Of a stretch of 64,000 bases of DNA, positions 1 through 8,817 are shown in pieces. The stretch spans positions 163,027 through 227,026 of the forward strand of contig JACKLJ010000003.1 in assembly GCA_024235955.1 (NCBI GenBank), read 5' to 3'. The notes beneath the pieces were generated by a model. That model did not search any database. It worked only from the letters and a program-made list of their open reading frames with translations, and had not been told where the DNA came from. The stretch is from Burkholderiaceae bacterium (GTDB taxonomy: Bacteria; Pseudomonadota; Gammaproteobacteria; Burkholderiales; Burkholderiaceae_C). How positions within the stretch are numbered: position 1 is the first letter of the stretch; every line of letters starts with the position of its first letter. A program made the translations under genes and the position numbers.

Positions 1-903
1 CTCACCTGGCGCAGCTGGGCGGCGCTCACGCCCGGCCCGTCGCTGGTAGTGGTGGGCGCGGTGCACGGCAACGAGGTCTGCGGCGCCCACGCGCTGGCCC
101 GCGCCATCGACGACCTGCAGCACGGCCGGCTGGTGCTCAGGCGCGGCCGGCTGACGCTGGTGCCGGTGGCCAACCCGTTGGCCTGGCGGCAATGCACGCG
201 CGAGGGCGAGCGCAACCTGAACCGCCGCTTCGTGCCGCGCCAGGACCCGCGCGACTATGAGGACCGCGTCACGCGCCAGCTGGCGCCGGTGCTGGCCGCG
301 CACGAGGCGCTGCTGGACCTGCACTCCTTCCACACGCCGGGTGCGCCCTTCGCCATGGTCGGGCCGCGCAACAACCGCGGCCAGCGCGAGCCCTTCATGC
401 GCGCCGACGAGGAGATGGCGCTGGCCCGCGCGCTGGGCGTGGACCGCATCGTCGAAGGCTGGCTGGAGGTGTACGACCGCGCCGCCCGCGCGCGCGGCGA
501 AACGCCGGACGAGGAAGGCATCGGCACCAACGAGTACATGCGCAGTCAGGGCGGCTACGCCGTGACCATCGAATGCGGGCAGCACGACGACCCGCAGGCC
601 ATCGCCGTGGCCGAATGCGCGCTGTACGGCGCGCTGGCGCTGCTGGGCCTGGCCGACGTGCCGGCGCCGCCGCGCTACACCGGCGCCGCCGCGCGCCTGC
701 GCGACGTGGTGCTGCGCGAGGCCCCGGGCGACACGCTGGCGCAGGACTGGCACAGCTTCGACGAGGTGCGCGCGGGCGAGGTGATCGCCGTGCGCGCCGG
801 CGGCGAGGAACTGCGCGCGCCCTACCACGGGCGGGTGCTGTTCCCGCACCCCGAGGCCGATGTGGGCCAGGAGCTGTACTACCTGGCCGAGCCGGGCGGT
901 TGA
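1..903 (+). CDS. Succinylglutamate desuccinylase/aspartoacylase-family (M14-like) zinc hydrolase, 5' truncated by window edge
   Basis: Frame is open from base 1. Motifs HGNE, NLNR, DLHS and a downstream E (IECGQH) fit the ASTE/ASPA family. Confidence 0.85.
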   Translation, partial: LTWRSWAALTPGPSLVVVGAVHGNEVCGAHALARAIDDLQHGRLVLRRGRLTLVPVANPLAWRQCTREGERNLNRRFVPRQDPRDYEDRVTRQLAPVLAAHEALLDLHSFHTPGAPFAMVGPRNNRGQREPFMRADEEMALARALGVDRIVEGWLEVYDRAARARGETPDEEGIGTNEYMRSQGGYAVTIECGQHDDPQAIAVAECALYGALALLGLADVPAPPRYTGAAARLRDVVLREAPGDTLAQDWHSFDEVRAGEVIAVRAGGEELRAPYHGRVLFPHPEADVGQELYYLAEPGG

Positions 904-1565
904 GTCAGGCCGCCTTCCTGCCCGGCAGTGGCCGCTGCGGGGGGCTCGCGGCGTTCGCGCCAGGCCTGCACCGAGGCCCAGACGGAGGCGCGATCGAACT
1001 CCGGGTGCCAGCGGTAGCGCAGCACATGCTCGCCCAGGAAGAACGCGCCCAGCGCCAGCGGCGAGCCTATGTTGGCGTACAGCGCCCACCAGCCGAACGG
1101 CAGCAGATCGAACAGCAGCAGCGACAGCAGCGCCATGCCGGCGAAGTACAGCGCCCAGGCGCGCGTGAGCCTGACGGTGTAGCGCTCCATGTCCGGCGTC
1201 AGCCGGTGCACCGAGCGCGCCAGCCGCGTGATCAGCGGCGTGCCGCGCAGGCTGCGCCAGAACAGCCAGGCCATGGCACCGTAGACGGTCACGTACTCGG
1301 CCACGTAGAGCGGCGTGATGTCCGGCAGGCCGCGCCAGGCCAGCCAGCCCAGCCCGCCGCCGGCAGCCGCTAGCAGCAGCAGCGCCAGCGCGCGCCGGCC
1401 GCTGGTCCACAGCCCCGTGGCCACGCCCAGCACCACCGGGCCGAGCACGAAGGCCACGGTGGCCGGGCTGTGCGGCGCGTGCAGCATCAGCCACTGCGCA
1501 CCCAGGCTGTAGCCGGCCACCAGCACGAAGGGCGCGGCCAGCGCCAGGAGCATCGTCATCCGCAT
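879..1565 (-). CDS. Multi-pass membrane protein of the type found in aryl-polyene/type II fatty-acid-like clusters (COG4648-like)
   Basis: C-terminal 228 aa of the 879..2903 ORF. ATG at 1565 overlaps the halogenase stop. Hydrophobic helices and a 'PLITRLAR...YTVRLTRAW...F' segment. Confidence 0.7.
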   Translation of the reverse strand: MRMTMLLALAAPFVLVAGYSLGAQWLMLHAPHSPATVAFVLGPVVLGVATGLWTSGRRALALLLLAAAGGGLGWLAWRGLPDITPLYVAEYVTVYGAMAWLFWRSLRGTPLITRLARSVHRLTPDMERYTVRLTRAWALYFAGMALLSLLLFDLLPFGWWALYANIGSPLALGAFFLGEHVLRYRWHPEFDRASVWASVQAWRERREPPAAATAGQEGGLTQPPGSAR

Positions 1566-3211
1566 GCCGCCATCGTGCCCGCGAGGCGCTGCTGCTGCGC
1601 GCACAGGGCGGCCAGCCGGGCGTGGTGCGCGGCTTCCGGCGCGTGCTCGGCCGGGCCGAAGCGCTGCAGCGCCTGCTGCGCCAGCGTGGCCATCACCTGC
1701 GGCGCCTCGTGCATCTGCCGCGCCACGTCGGCGCGCGCGGCCGGCTGGGTGAGGCGCGTGTTCAGGGTGCGGAACCAGTGGATCTGCGTGTGGTCCTGGA
1801 ACGCAGGTGCGCGCGGCAGCCGCTCGCCGCGCTGCTCGGCGGCCGCGCGCAGCCAGTCCTGCATGCCCTGGTTGAGCTGGGCGCAGGCCTGCATCGGCGC
1901 CGCGCATTCGGCCAGCAGGGCGGTGTCGGCCAGCCGGCCGTGGAAGAACAGCGGCGCCAGCACGCTCCAGTAGTAGGTGTAGTCCCAGACCACCTTGTGC
2001 GACATCGCGGCGGCGTTGCCGAACAGCGCGTACTGGTTTTCGTAGAGCGGCAGCATGTTGTCGTAGAAACTGCGGAACACGGCGTCGAACAGGCGCGCCG
2101 CGGGCCGCAGGTCGCCGCCGCCGAGGTCGATGCCGACCAGCTCGGTGACGTAGGTGTTGCCGATGGCGATGAAGTCGCTGCCCGGCGAGTAGAACGGGTC
2201 CAGGAAGCGCCCGGCCTCGCCCACCAGGGCCCAGCGCTGGTGCGAGAACAGCTGCCGCGCGTCGTGCGAGAAGCTGCGCAGGAAGCCGAAGTCCAGCGGC
2301 GGCTCGGCGCTGGCGGCCAGGGCGGCATGCAGCTGCGGCTGGTGCCGCGCCAGCCAGCGCATGGCGCCAGCGTGGGTCTTCATGGCCTCGAAATCGTGCT
2401 GCGCCGGATCGGCGACGATGCCGACCGAGTGGCAGCCGGAGGCCAGCGGGATCAGCCACACCCAGTAGCCCGGCCCGCACAGGTGGTTGGTGGACAGCCA
2501 GCGCTGGCCTACGCCGCAGCGCGTGCGCCAGGCGGCCGGATCGCCCGCGCCCACCTGGCCCCAGTCGTCCGGGCGCACATGCCCGCGCACGCGGAACCAG
2601 ACCGAGAACGCCGCGTGCCCGTTGCCGCGCGCCAGACCGAGCTGGCGTTTGAGCAGGCCGGCGCGCCCGCTGGCATCCACCAGCCAGCGGCAGCCGAGCT
2701 GCTGCTCGGTGCCAGCCGCGTCGCGCCAGCGCACCCGGTGCGGCCCGCCTCCGGCATCGAGCGCGCAGCCGAGCACGCGCGCGCCAGGCATCACCTGGAT
2801 GCCGCGGCGCGCGGCCTCGTCCGCCAGGTGGTTCTCGAACACGCCGCGGTCGATCTGGTAAGTGGGCACGCTCAGGTACTGGCTGGGGCCGAGTTCCGGG
2901 CACAGCGCCAGGTTGTCAGCGCCGTCGTTGAAGAAGAAGCGGAAGCCGAACTTCTTGAGGTGCGCGCTTTCCAGGTGCTGGCGCAGGCCCAGCACCTGGG
3001 CGAAGTAGTGCGCGCCGATCTCCACCGTCGATTCGCCAACCTTGTGCGCCGCCTCCGGCGCCGGGCCGTTGCGCCGCTCGAGCACGCGGATGCGCAGCGC
3101 GGGGTGCGCCTGGCGCAGCTGCAGCGCCAGCGTCAACCCGGCCAGGCCGCCGCCGACGATGCCGACGTCGCAATCGGTTGCCTCTGCAGGTGCGCTCGCG
3201 GGTTCAGCCAT
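1556..3211 (-). CDS. Flavin-dependent halogenase (Trp-halogenase superfamily)
   Basis: GGGLAG FAD-binding motif, HKVGES, WVWLIP (WxWxIP) and FLDPFYSPG (FxxPxxSxG). Confidence 0.8.
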   Translation of the reverse strand: MAEPASAPAEATDCDVGIVGGGLAGLTLALQLRQAHPALRIRVLERRNGPAPEAAHKVGESTVEIGAHYFAQVLGLRQHLESAHLKKFGFRFFFNDGADNLALCPELGPSQYLSVPTYQIDRGVFENHLADEAARRGIQVMPGARVLGCALDAGGGPHRVRWRDAAGTEQQLGCRWLVDASGRAGLLKRQLGLARGNGHAAFSVWFRVRGHVRPDDWGQVGAGDPAAWRTRCGVGQRWLSTNHLCGPGYWVWLIPLASGCHSVGIVADPAQHDFEAMKTHAGAMRWLARHQPQLHAALAASAEPPLDFGFLRSFSHDARQLFSHQRWALVGEAGRFLDPFYSPGSDFIAIGNTYVTELVGIDLGGGDLRPAARLFDAVFRSFYDNMLPLYENQYALFGNAAAMSHKVVWDYTYYWSVLAPLFFHGRLADTALLAECAAPMQACAQLNQGMQDWLRAAAEQRGERLPRAPAFQDHTQIHWFRTLNTRLTQPAARADVARQMHEAPQVMATLAQQALQRFGPAEHAPEAAHHARLAALCAQQQRLAGTMAACG

Positions 3212-4067
3212 CGAAGGCCACCGCCAGGTCCAGCTGGCCGCCCAGGCTCATGCGCAGCTCCGCGCCGGGGGGCGCGCGGCCGGGTGCAGAGAAAGGGGTT
3301 GCGATGCCATCGGGGTCATTATCGTCCAGCCGCGCCAGGGCGCACAGGAAGCGCGCCAAGTCGGGCTGGTAGCTGCCGTCCAGCCAGGCGGGCAACGGCA
3401 CTGGTGTCGCCGCCGAGGCAGGAGTCACGGCGAGCGTGAGCTGCTGCCGGCCGGTGCCGGCAGGCCCCAGTACCAGCGCCGCGCCGAGCGCCTGGCGCGC
3501 CGGCGCCAGGGCCTGCATCAGGGGCGGCGGGCACAGATCCAGGCTGACCAGCAGCACCGGCGTGCCGAGCTGCCGCACCCGTAGCGCGGCTTCCAGCAGG
3601 CCCCCGGCGAAGCTGTGCTCGTGCCCTGCCAGCGCGGTGGTGGCGCGGGTGTTGCCGGTGGCGATGCTCCAGTAGCCTGCCACCGCGTTGTGTACCGAAT
3701 GGTGGAAGCGCAGCGGCGAGAGCAGGGCCGGGTCCTGCGCCAGCGTGCGGCAGATTTCGTCCGTCACCATGACGTCGCCGTGCGATGAGGTGAAGACGGC
3801 TTCCACCGCCTGAGCGTCGACGCCAGCTTCAGCCAGCGCCAGCCGCGCCAGTTCCAGCCCCAGCGCCACCGCGGGCGAGGCCCGGCGGCGCTCGGCGCCC
3901 TGCAGCATCTGCGGTGGCGGCGGGCGCAGCGGCTCGCCTTCGGCGGGTGCGTTGCCGCTGCGCAGCAGTTGCCGCGCGGTCTGCCAGTCGGGCACGCGGT
4001 CGCTCCAGAACGCGACAGCCTGGAGGCCCAGCGCGAAAGTGGGTGCCGGTGACAAGGCCTCAGCCAC
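3204..4067 (-). CDS. Beta-ketoacyl synthase chain-length-factor-like protein
   Basis: GTG start at 4067 overlaps the KS stop. 'SPLRFHHSVHNAVAGYWSIA' motif; no KS catalytic Cys motif; directly downstream of the KS. Confidence 0.78.
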   Translation of the reverse strand: MAEALSPAPTFALGLQAVAFWSDRVPDWQTARQLLRSGNAPAEGEPLRPPPPQMLQGAERRRASPAVALGLELARLALAEAGVDAQAVEAVFTSSHGDVMVTDEICRTLAQDPALLSPLRFHHSVHNAVAGYWSIATGNTRATTALAGHEHSFAGGLLEAALRVRQLGTPVLLVSLDLCPPPLMQALAPARQALGAALVLGPAGTGRQQLTLAVTPASAATPVPLPAWLDGSYQPDLARFLCALARLDDNDPDGIATPFSAPGRAPPGAELRMSLGGQLDLAVAFDG

Positions 4068-5232
4068 GGCCGAACACCAGTGACACGTTGCTGCCGCCGA
4101 AGCCGAAGGCGTTGGCCAGCGCGTGGCGGGTGGGGGCGGTGGCCGGCGCGCACCGCAGGGCCAGCACGAGCGGCAGCGCCGGATCGACCGCCGCCGTGTT
4201 CGCCGTGCCGGCGCGCAGGCCCTGCTCGAGTGCCAGCCAGCAGGCGGCGGCGCCCAGGATGCCGGCCGCGCCCAGCGTGTGGCCGGTGCAGCCCTTGGTG
4301 GCGGCGGCATGCGGCGCGTGCGGCAGCAGGCCGGCCACGGCGGCGGCCTCGGTGGCGTCGTTGAGGCGGGTGCCGGTGCCGTGCAAGTGCACGAAGTCGA
4401 TCGCGTCCGGCGCCAGCCCGCTGTCCTCCAGAGCGACGTGCATGGCCGTCCGGGCGCCACGACCTTCGGGGTGCGGCGCCGACATGTGGTGCGCGTCGCT
4501 CGACTCGCCGATGCCCAGCAGGCGCGCGCCAGGGCCGTCGTCACGTTCGAGCAGCGCGAAGCCCGCCGCCTCGCCGATGCTGATGCCCTGGCGATCGGCA
4601 CCGAACGGCCGACAAGGGTTGGGCGCCAGCAGCTGCAGCGCGCCGAAGCCGTGCAGCGTGCTTTCGCACAGGCTGTCGACGCCGCCGACCACCACGGCGT
4701 CGGCCAGGCCGGCCTGCAGCCAGCCGCGCGCCACCGCGAAGGCCTTGGCGCTGGAGGCGCAGGCGGTGGAGACGGTGAGCGAGAGCCCGTCCAGGCCCAG
4801 CGCCTGCTGCACGAAGGCGGCGGGGGCGTGCAGGTGGTGCAGGTCGGGGCGCAGGTCCTGCGGAGAGAAGCCGCCGGTCGCCGCGTGCCGGCGGTACGCC
4901 GCTTCCGATTCCGCGATGCTGGAGGTGGAGGTGCCCAGCACCACGCCCACGCGCTGGCTGCCCACGCGCGCGGCGGCACGTCGCACGGCTTCGGCGAAGC
5001 CGTCGGCCTGCAGCGCCAGCCAGGCCAGGCGGGTGACGCGCGCGTCCAGCGCCTGCAGCGCGGGGGGCAGATGCACCGTGTCCACGGCCTCGACACGGCC
5101 GATCCAGGTGTCCAGCCCGGCGCGGCTGAAGTCGTCGCGCCGAAGCGCGCCGGCGTTGGCGGCCAGTGCGCGCGCGAACGCGTCGCGGCCGGTGCCGGCG
5201 GCGGTGGTGACAGTCCAGTGGGCAATGCGCAT
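4060..5232 (-). CDS. Beta-ketoacyl-ACP synthase (FabF-like / aryl-polyene-type ketosynthase)
   Basis: TACASS (catalytic Cys), HLHGTGT, KGCTGHTLGAAG and C-terminal NAFGFGGSN. ATG at 5232 chosen over the upstream TTG. Confidence 0.9.
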   Translation of the reverse strand: MRIAHWTVTTAAGTGRDAFARALAANAGALRRDDFSRAGLDTWIGRVEAVDTVHLPPALQALDARVTRLAWLALQADGFAEAVRRAAARVGSQRVGVVLGTSTSSIAESEAAYRRHAATGGFSPQDLRPDLHHLHAPAAFVQQALGLDGLSLTVSTACASSAKAFAVARGWLQAGLADAVVVGGVDSLCESTLHGFGALQLLAPNPCRPFGADRQGISIGEAAGFALLERDDGPGARLLGIGESSDAHHMSAPHPEGRGARTAMHVALEDSGLAPDAIDFVHLHGTGTRLNDATEAAAVAGLLPHAPHAAATKGCTGHTLGAAGILGAAACWLALEQGLRAGTANTAAVDPALPLVLALRCAPATAPTRHALANAFGFGGSNVSLVFGRG

Positions 5233-5276
5233 GCGTGGGCGGGGTGGGCCGCGCAGGGGCACGCGACGCTGGCTCC

Positions 5277-5285
5277 AATGTAGCA
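5277..5285 (-). promoter_or_regulatory. Candidate extended -10 promoter for the KS operon
   Basis: TGCTACATT on the minus strand, 45 nt upstream of the KS ATG. Confidence 0.35.
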
Positions 5286-5292
5286 AGCCAGG

Positions 5293-6111
5293 TCAGGGCG
5301 TCAGCTCGTCCGTCACGACCTTGAAGCGGTCCAGCCGGCTCCAGCCGAACACCATGGTGATGGGCACGTCGGCGGCGTCGAGCCCGCGCGCCATCGGCAC
5401 CCGGCCGATGCGCGGCGTGTTGTGGCGCGCGTCGAAGGTGTGCCAGCGCTCCCCCAGGTAGGCCTCGAACCAGGCGGAAAAATCCATCGGGTAGGGCACG
5501 GGCGGGATGCCGATGTCGCCCAGGTACCCGGTGACGTAGCGCGCCGGGATGTTCATGCAGCGGCACAGCGTGACGGCCAGGTGCGCGAAGTCTCGGCAGA
5601 CCCCCACGCCTTCCCGCCAGGTCTGCAGGGCGGTGCGGTTGGCGCGCGCCTGCTGGTAGTCGAAGCGCAGATGCTGGTGCACGTAGTCGCAGATCGCCTG
5701 CACGCGCGGCCAGCCTTCAGGGGTGGTGCCGAAGCGGTTCCAGGCGAAGGCCAGCAGCCCGGAATCCAGCTCGCAATAGCGGCTGGGCAGCAGAAAGCGG
5801 AACAGATCCGACGGCAGCTCATGCAGGGCGTGCTGGCGGGCCTGGGGCAGCACCAGGTCGGGCTGTCCGCTGTCCTCGATCACCGTGCTGTTGTGCAGGC
5901 GGATGCTGCCGGTGCCGGCCGGAATGTCGATGCGGGTGAACAGGTTGCCGAAGGCGTCGTGGTAATGCTTCAGGGGCAGCGGGGGCTCGATGCGGAACGC
6001 CTCGGGCGTCTGCAGGTCTTCGGCGCGCGAAGGGTGCACATGCAGCGCGCCCAGCAGCGTGGTGGGCGCGTTCAGCGCCATCTCGATGTCGTAGCCCAGC
6101 CGTATCCGCAT
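5293..6111 (-). CDS. Transglutaminase-like cysteine protease family protein
   Basis: GVCRDFAHL catalytic-Cys motif, YVTGYL, 'DFSAWFEAYLG..W.TFD'. Start MRIRLGY at 6111. Confidence 0.85.
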   Translation of the reverse strand: MRIRLGYDIEMALNAPTTLLGALHVHPSRAEDLQTPEAFRIEPPLPLKHYHDAFGNLFTRIDIPAGTGSIRLHNSTVIEDSGQPDLVLPQARQHALHELPSDLFRFLLPSRYCELDSGLLAFAWNRFGTTPEGWPRVQAICDYVHQHLRFDYQQARANRTALQTWREGVGVCRDFAHLAVTLCRCMNIPARYVTGYLGDIGIPPVPYPMDFSAWFEAYLGERWHTFDARHNTPRIGRVPMARGLDAADVPITMVFGWSRLDRFKVVTDELTP

Positions 6112-6305
6112 GTCCGCCCGCCTTTCCGGGGGGCGTGCCGACACTCTGTGCGTGGGGCCCGCCCATCGGACCACGACGGCTTGAGCGCCCCTAGGCTTAT
6201 TGCAGCGCAGCATGGGGCCGGGTCGTGCAGGACGGAGGCGAACCTCCGTGCAGGACAGCGCCCATGCACGCGGAATCGCCAGCGTGGCGTGGCCGCGCTG
6301 GCGGC

Positions 6306-6941
6306 TCAGTTGCCGGCTTTGCCCAGCAACGCATCCTTGAGCTGCCAGTCGGCCGGCTTGTTGCCCAGCCAGATGCGCATCAGGGCCTGGAAGAAGGCCG
6401 CTTCGGGGAAAGGAGCGCCGGCTTTCTGGCCCTGGATGGTCAATATCGTGCCGGTACCGGGGATCCAGTCGAGCTGGCATTCGTCGCCCGCGCGCAGCAC
6501 CTTGCGCTCGCTGAACAGCTGGCTCATGCGCAGGATGCCGGGCACCAGCTTGGAGAATTCGGCGCGGCTGGTCATGTTGTCCTCGATGCCGCGCGAGAAC
6601 ATCTTGCCGAACTCGTCGGACTCGATGTCGCGCAGCATGGTGAACACGAAGCGCCTGGGGGTGTTGGTGGCGATCAGCTCGTCCACCGCCGTGGACTTGG
6701 CGGGCACATACAGCGCTGCGGCATACACCTTGAACACCGCCTTGTAGCGCACCCCGGCGCCATTGAGCACCAGGGGGTGTCCGGCGACGGTGACCTTGTC
6801 GGGAAACTGCACGCCGGCCACGGTGGCGGCATGCGCCCGGCCGGGTGCCGCGCCCAGGGCGCAGCCCAGCAACAACGCTGCGCCACCCAGGCGCAGGGCC
6901 CGGCGGCGATTGAAAGCATCGGAAAAGGCAAGATACGGCAT
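6306..6941 (-). CDS. Chalcone-isomerase-like secreted protein
   Basis: 'LVLNGAGVRYKAVFKVYAAALY' and 'ALMRIWLG.KPAD..LK.ALLG' are typical of the bacterial CHI-fold family. N-terminal RRR plus hydrophobic signal ending AHA. Confidence 0.8.
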   Translation of the reverse strand: MPYLAFSDAFNRRRALRLGGAALLLGCALGAAPGRAHAATVAGVQFPDKVTVAGHPLVLNGAGVRYKAVFKVYAAALYVPAKSTAVDELIATNTPRRFVFTMLRDIESDEFGKMFSRGIEDNMTSRAEFSKLVPGILRMSQLFSERKVLRAGDECQLDWIPGTGTILTIQGQKAGAPFPEAAFFQALMRIWLGNKPADWQLKDALLGKAGN

Positions 6942-7081
6942 GGGGTAAATTGATATGAAAGGGTTCAAAAAAGTCAGAATGAATGCGTCATTTAATAATT
7001 TATCAGTAGTGATCCGCAGGCATCCGGCAAAACCCGGATTCGTGGCCGCAGGCCGGAACAAGTTGGCGTCTGCCGGGGTTT

Positions 7082-7090
7082 TGCTACACT
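7082..7090 (+). promoter_or_regulatory. Extended -10 promoter candidate upstream of the trpE leader
   Basis: TGCTACACT (TGn plus TACACT), ending 7 nt before the ATG at 7098. Confidence 0.55.
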
Positions 7091-7097
7091 CGCTCCC

Positions 7098-7178
7098 ATG
7101 TTCGCTTCCCGCACTGTCCGTTCACCGCTGGGCGCCGCCGCCCAGGGGGCATGGCCCTGGCGCAAGCCAGCGCGCTGA
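7098..7178 (+). CDS. Putative Trp-sensing leader peptide MFASRTVRSPLGAAAQGAWPWRKPAR (26 aa)
   Basis: Hand-translated. Two TGG codons (7152, 7158) near the 3' end of a short ORF in the trpE 5' region; too short for the ORF track. Confidence 0.6.
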   Translation: MFASRTVRSPLGAAAQGAWPWRKPAR

Positions 7179-7187
7179 CATGTGACC

Positions 7188-7276
7188 GCGCCCGCAACGG
7201 GCGCACGCGCGGCCCCGGCAACGCCCGGCGCCGCTAGGGGAAGAAATCTCGGCAGCGATGCGCCCGTGGTGCGCCC
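7188..7276 (+). promoter_or_regulatory. Alternative RNA pairings (attenuator-like) in the trpE leader
   Basis: GCGCCCG(7188-94)/CGGGCGC(7198-7204) hairpin competes with ACGGGCGCA(7197-7205)/TGCGCCCGT(7259-67) and GGGCGCAC/GTGCGCCC(7269-76). Confidence 0.45.
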
Positions 7277-7312
7277 AGCCTGCCGGAGCGCAACGGAGAA
7301 TCGACGCTCATC

Positions 7313-8812
7313 ATGATCACCGAACTGGAATTCAAGAGCCTGGCCAGCCAGGGCTACAACCGCATCCCGCTGATGACCGAGGCGTTTGCCGATCTGGAAA
7401 CGCCGCTGTCGCTCTACCTCAAACTCGCCTGTGCGCAAGGCGGCGGGCGCCACAGCTTCCTGCTGGAATCGGTGGTGGGGGGCGAGCGCTTCGGGCGCTA
7501 CAGTTTCATCGGCCTGCCGGCGCGCACCGTGGTGCGGGCCAGCGGCTTTGGCGATGCCGCGCGCACCGAGGTCGTGACCGACGGCCAGGTGGTGGAGCAG
7601 CTGCCCGGCAACCCGCTGGACGCCATCGATGCGTACCAGAAGCGCTTCAAAGTGGCGCTGCTGCCGGGCCTGCCGCGCTTCTGCGGCGGGCTGGCGGGCT
7701 ACTTCGGCTACGACACGGTGCGCCACATCGAGAAGAAGCTGCAGGCCAGCTGCCCGCCCGATCCGCTGGGTTTGCCCGACATCCTGCTGATGCACACTGA
7801 GGAGGTGGCCGTCATCGACAACCTGGCCGGGCGCCTGTACCTGATCGTCTACGCCGACCCGGCCGCGCCCGAGGCCTACGCCAAGGCCAAGAAGCGCCTG
7901 AAGGGCCTGCGCGAGCAGCTGCGCTACTCGGTGGCGGCGCCGCAGGTCAAGGCCAGCACCGCCTACCCGGCCGAGCGCGAATTCGCCAAGGCCGACTACC
8001 TGAAGGCGGTGGAGCGCGCCAAGGAGCTGATCGCCGCCGGCGACTTCATGCAGGTGCAGGTGGGCCAGCGCATCCACAAGCGCTTCACCGAATCGCCGCT
8101 GTCGCTGTACCGCGCGCTGCGCTCGCTCAACCCGTCGCCGTACATGATCTATTACGACTTCGGCGAGTTCCAGGTGGTGAGCGCCAGCCCCGAGATCCTG
8201 GTGCGCCAGGAGCACACGCCCGAGGGTGAGAAGATCACCATCCGCCCGCTGGCCGGCACCCGCCCGCGCGGCGCCACGCCCGAGCTCGACAAGGCCACCG
8301 AGATCGAGCTGGTGAACGACCCGAAGGAGCGCGCCGAGCACGTGATGCTGATCGACCTGGCGCGCAACGACATCGGCCGCATCGCCAAGACCGGCAGCGT
8401 GAAGGTGACCGAGGCCTTCGCCGTGGAGCGCTACAGCCACGTGATGCACATCGTCAGCAACGTCGAGGGCATCCTGAAAGGCGACATGAGCAACATGGAC
8501 GTGCTCAAGGCCACCTTCCCGGCCGGCACGCTCACCGGCGCGCCCAAGGTGCATGCCATGGAGCTGATCGACCAGCTCGAGCCCACCAAGCGCGGCATTT
8601 ACGGCGGCGCCTGCGGCTACCTCAGCTACGCCGGCGACATGGACGTGGCCATCGCCATCCGCACCGCCGTGGTCAAGGATCAGCAGCTCTACGTGCAGGC
8701 GGCGGCCGGCGTGGTGGCCGACAGCGTGCCCGAGCTGGAATGGAAGGAAACCGAGCACAAGGCGCGCGCCATCCTGCGCGCCAGCGAGCTGGTGGAAGAG
8801 GGGCTGGAGTAA
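7313..8812 (+). CDS. trpE: Anthranilate synthase component I
   Basis: [61 protein letters not shown]. Confidence 0.97.
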   Translation: MITELEFKSLASQGYNRIPLMTEAFADLETPLSLYLKLACAQGGGRHSFLLESVVGGERFGRYSFIGLPARTVVRASGFGDAARTEVVTDGQVVEQLPGNPLDAIDAYQKRFKVALLPGLPRFCGGLAGYFGYDTVRHIEKKLQASCPPDPLGLPDILLMHTEEVAVIDNLAGRLYLIVYADPAAPEAYAKAKKRLKGLREQLRYSVAAPQVKASTAYPAEREFAKADYLKAVERAKELIAAGDFMQVQVGQRIHKRFTESPLSLYRALRSLNPSPYMIYYDFGEFQVVSASPEILVRQEHTPEGEKITIRPLAGTRPRGATPELDKATEIELVNDPKERAEHVMLIDLARNDIGRIAKTGSVKVTEAFAVERYSHVMHIVSNVEGILKGDMSNMDVLKATFPAGTLTGAPKVHAMELIDQLEPTKRGIYGGACGYLSYAGDMDVAIAIRTAVVKDQQLYVQAAAGVVADSVPELEWKETEHKARAILRASELVEEGLE

Positions 8813-8817
8813 GCGCC

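Noticed and set aside
1-903. Desuccinylase-family hydrolase as part of the ketosynthase cluster
   Set aside because: It is on the opposite strand and convergent with only a short 3' overlap; nothing indicates a shared pathway.
3204-5225. 673-aa ORF suggesting a KS-CLF fusion or programmed frameshift
   Set aside because: The 5' part is an alternative frame of the KS gene. The CLF has its own GTG overlapping the KS stop, which is ordinary translational coupling, and no slippery site is evident.
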